A stretch of DNA of 64,000 nucleotides from Raillietiella orientalis (taxonomy: Eukaryota): positions 2,232,001 to 2,296,000 of the forward strand of contig JAYWIR010000010.1 of assembly GCA_036172245.1 (NCBI GenBank). The letters are read 5' to 3'. The notes below the pieces were generated by a model. That model was not told where the DNA came from, did no database searches, and saw nothing but the letters and a program-made list of their open reading frames with translations. This document shows positions 63,795-64,000 of this stretch, piece after piece (positions within the stretch are counted from its first letter, which is position 1; every line of letters begins with the position of its first letter). The position numbers were made by a program, and so were the translations under genes.

Positions 63795-64000
63795 AAATCA
63801 CAGGGGGTGACCCCATAGGGACCACTCTATAAATCCAGGAAGGCTCCGGAGGAAGGAGTCCTTTCCTCTTACGTTTTGCTTCTTGACTCTGGAGAGGCAG
63901 CCCTCGAGAAGAGTATCAACCAACGTCCCTTCATGGTACGTGGTGGAAGACGGTTGCAATAGCACAAGCTGAGGGGAACGGCTTCCAGGAAGAACCCCGG
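63795..64000 (-). repeat. SINE-like dispersed repeat family, copy 4 (inverted, internally deleted, cut by window edge)
   Basis: aatccaggaaggctcc.gaggaagg shared with ~24830-24860; gagtatcaaccaac.tccct.catggtacg is the reverse complement of ~36612-36640. Confidence 0.8.

Overview
Eukaryotic (arthropod-like) genomic DNA, not prokaryotic; most ORFs in the six-frame track are GC-rich noise. About 50 kb of the window (8116-58730, minus strand) is one intron-rich unc-13/Munc13 synaptic-vesicle priming gene. I could splice a 20-exon common core (42234->8116; 3828 nt; C1, C2B, MUN, C2C) in frame with GT-AG boundaries. Upstream lie alternative N-terminal exons: an Unc13A-type set ending in a calmodulin-binding-like motif (58730->55251; its C2A exons are probably beyond the window edge), one large Unc13B-type exon (45567->43228) and a third, unexpected candidate exon (54798/54768->54325). 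Finer features are a 9-nt VMK microexon with a neural-microexon-type 3' splice site and a 91-nt duplicate of the Unc13B coiled-coil segment carrying only synonymous changes. The long introns are filled with decayed transposons (Penelope-like, LINE, Mutator-like, other DNA transposons) and four copies of a tRNA-headed SINE-like repeat in alternating orientation. The first ~6.4 kb is AT-rich and holds a small zinc-finger ORF and a promoter-like motif cluster. I found no convincing new multi-gene system. All homology calls were made by eye from motif recognition, not from database searches.
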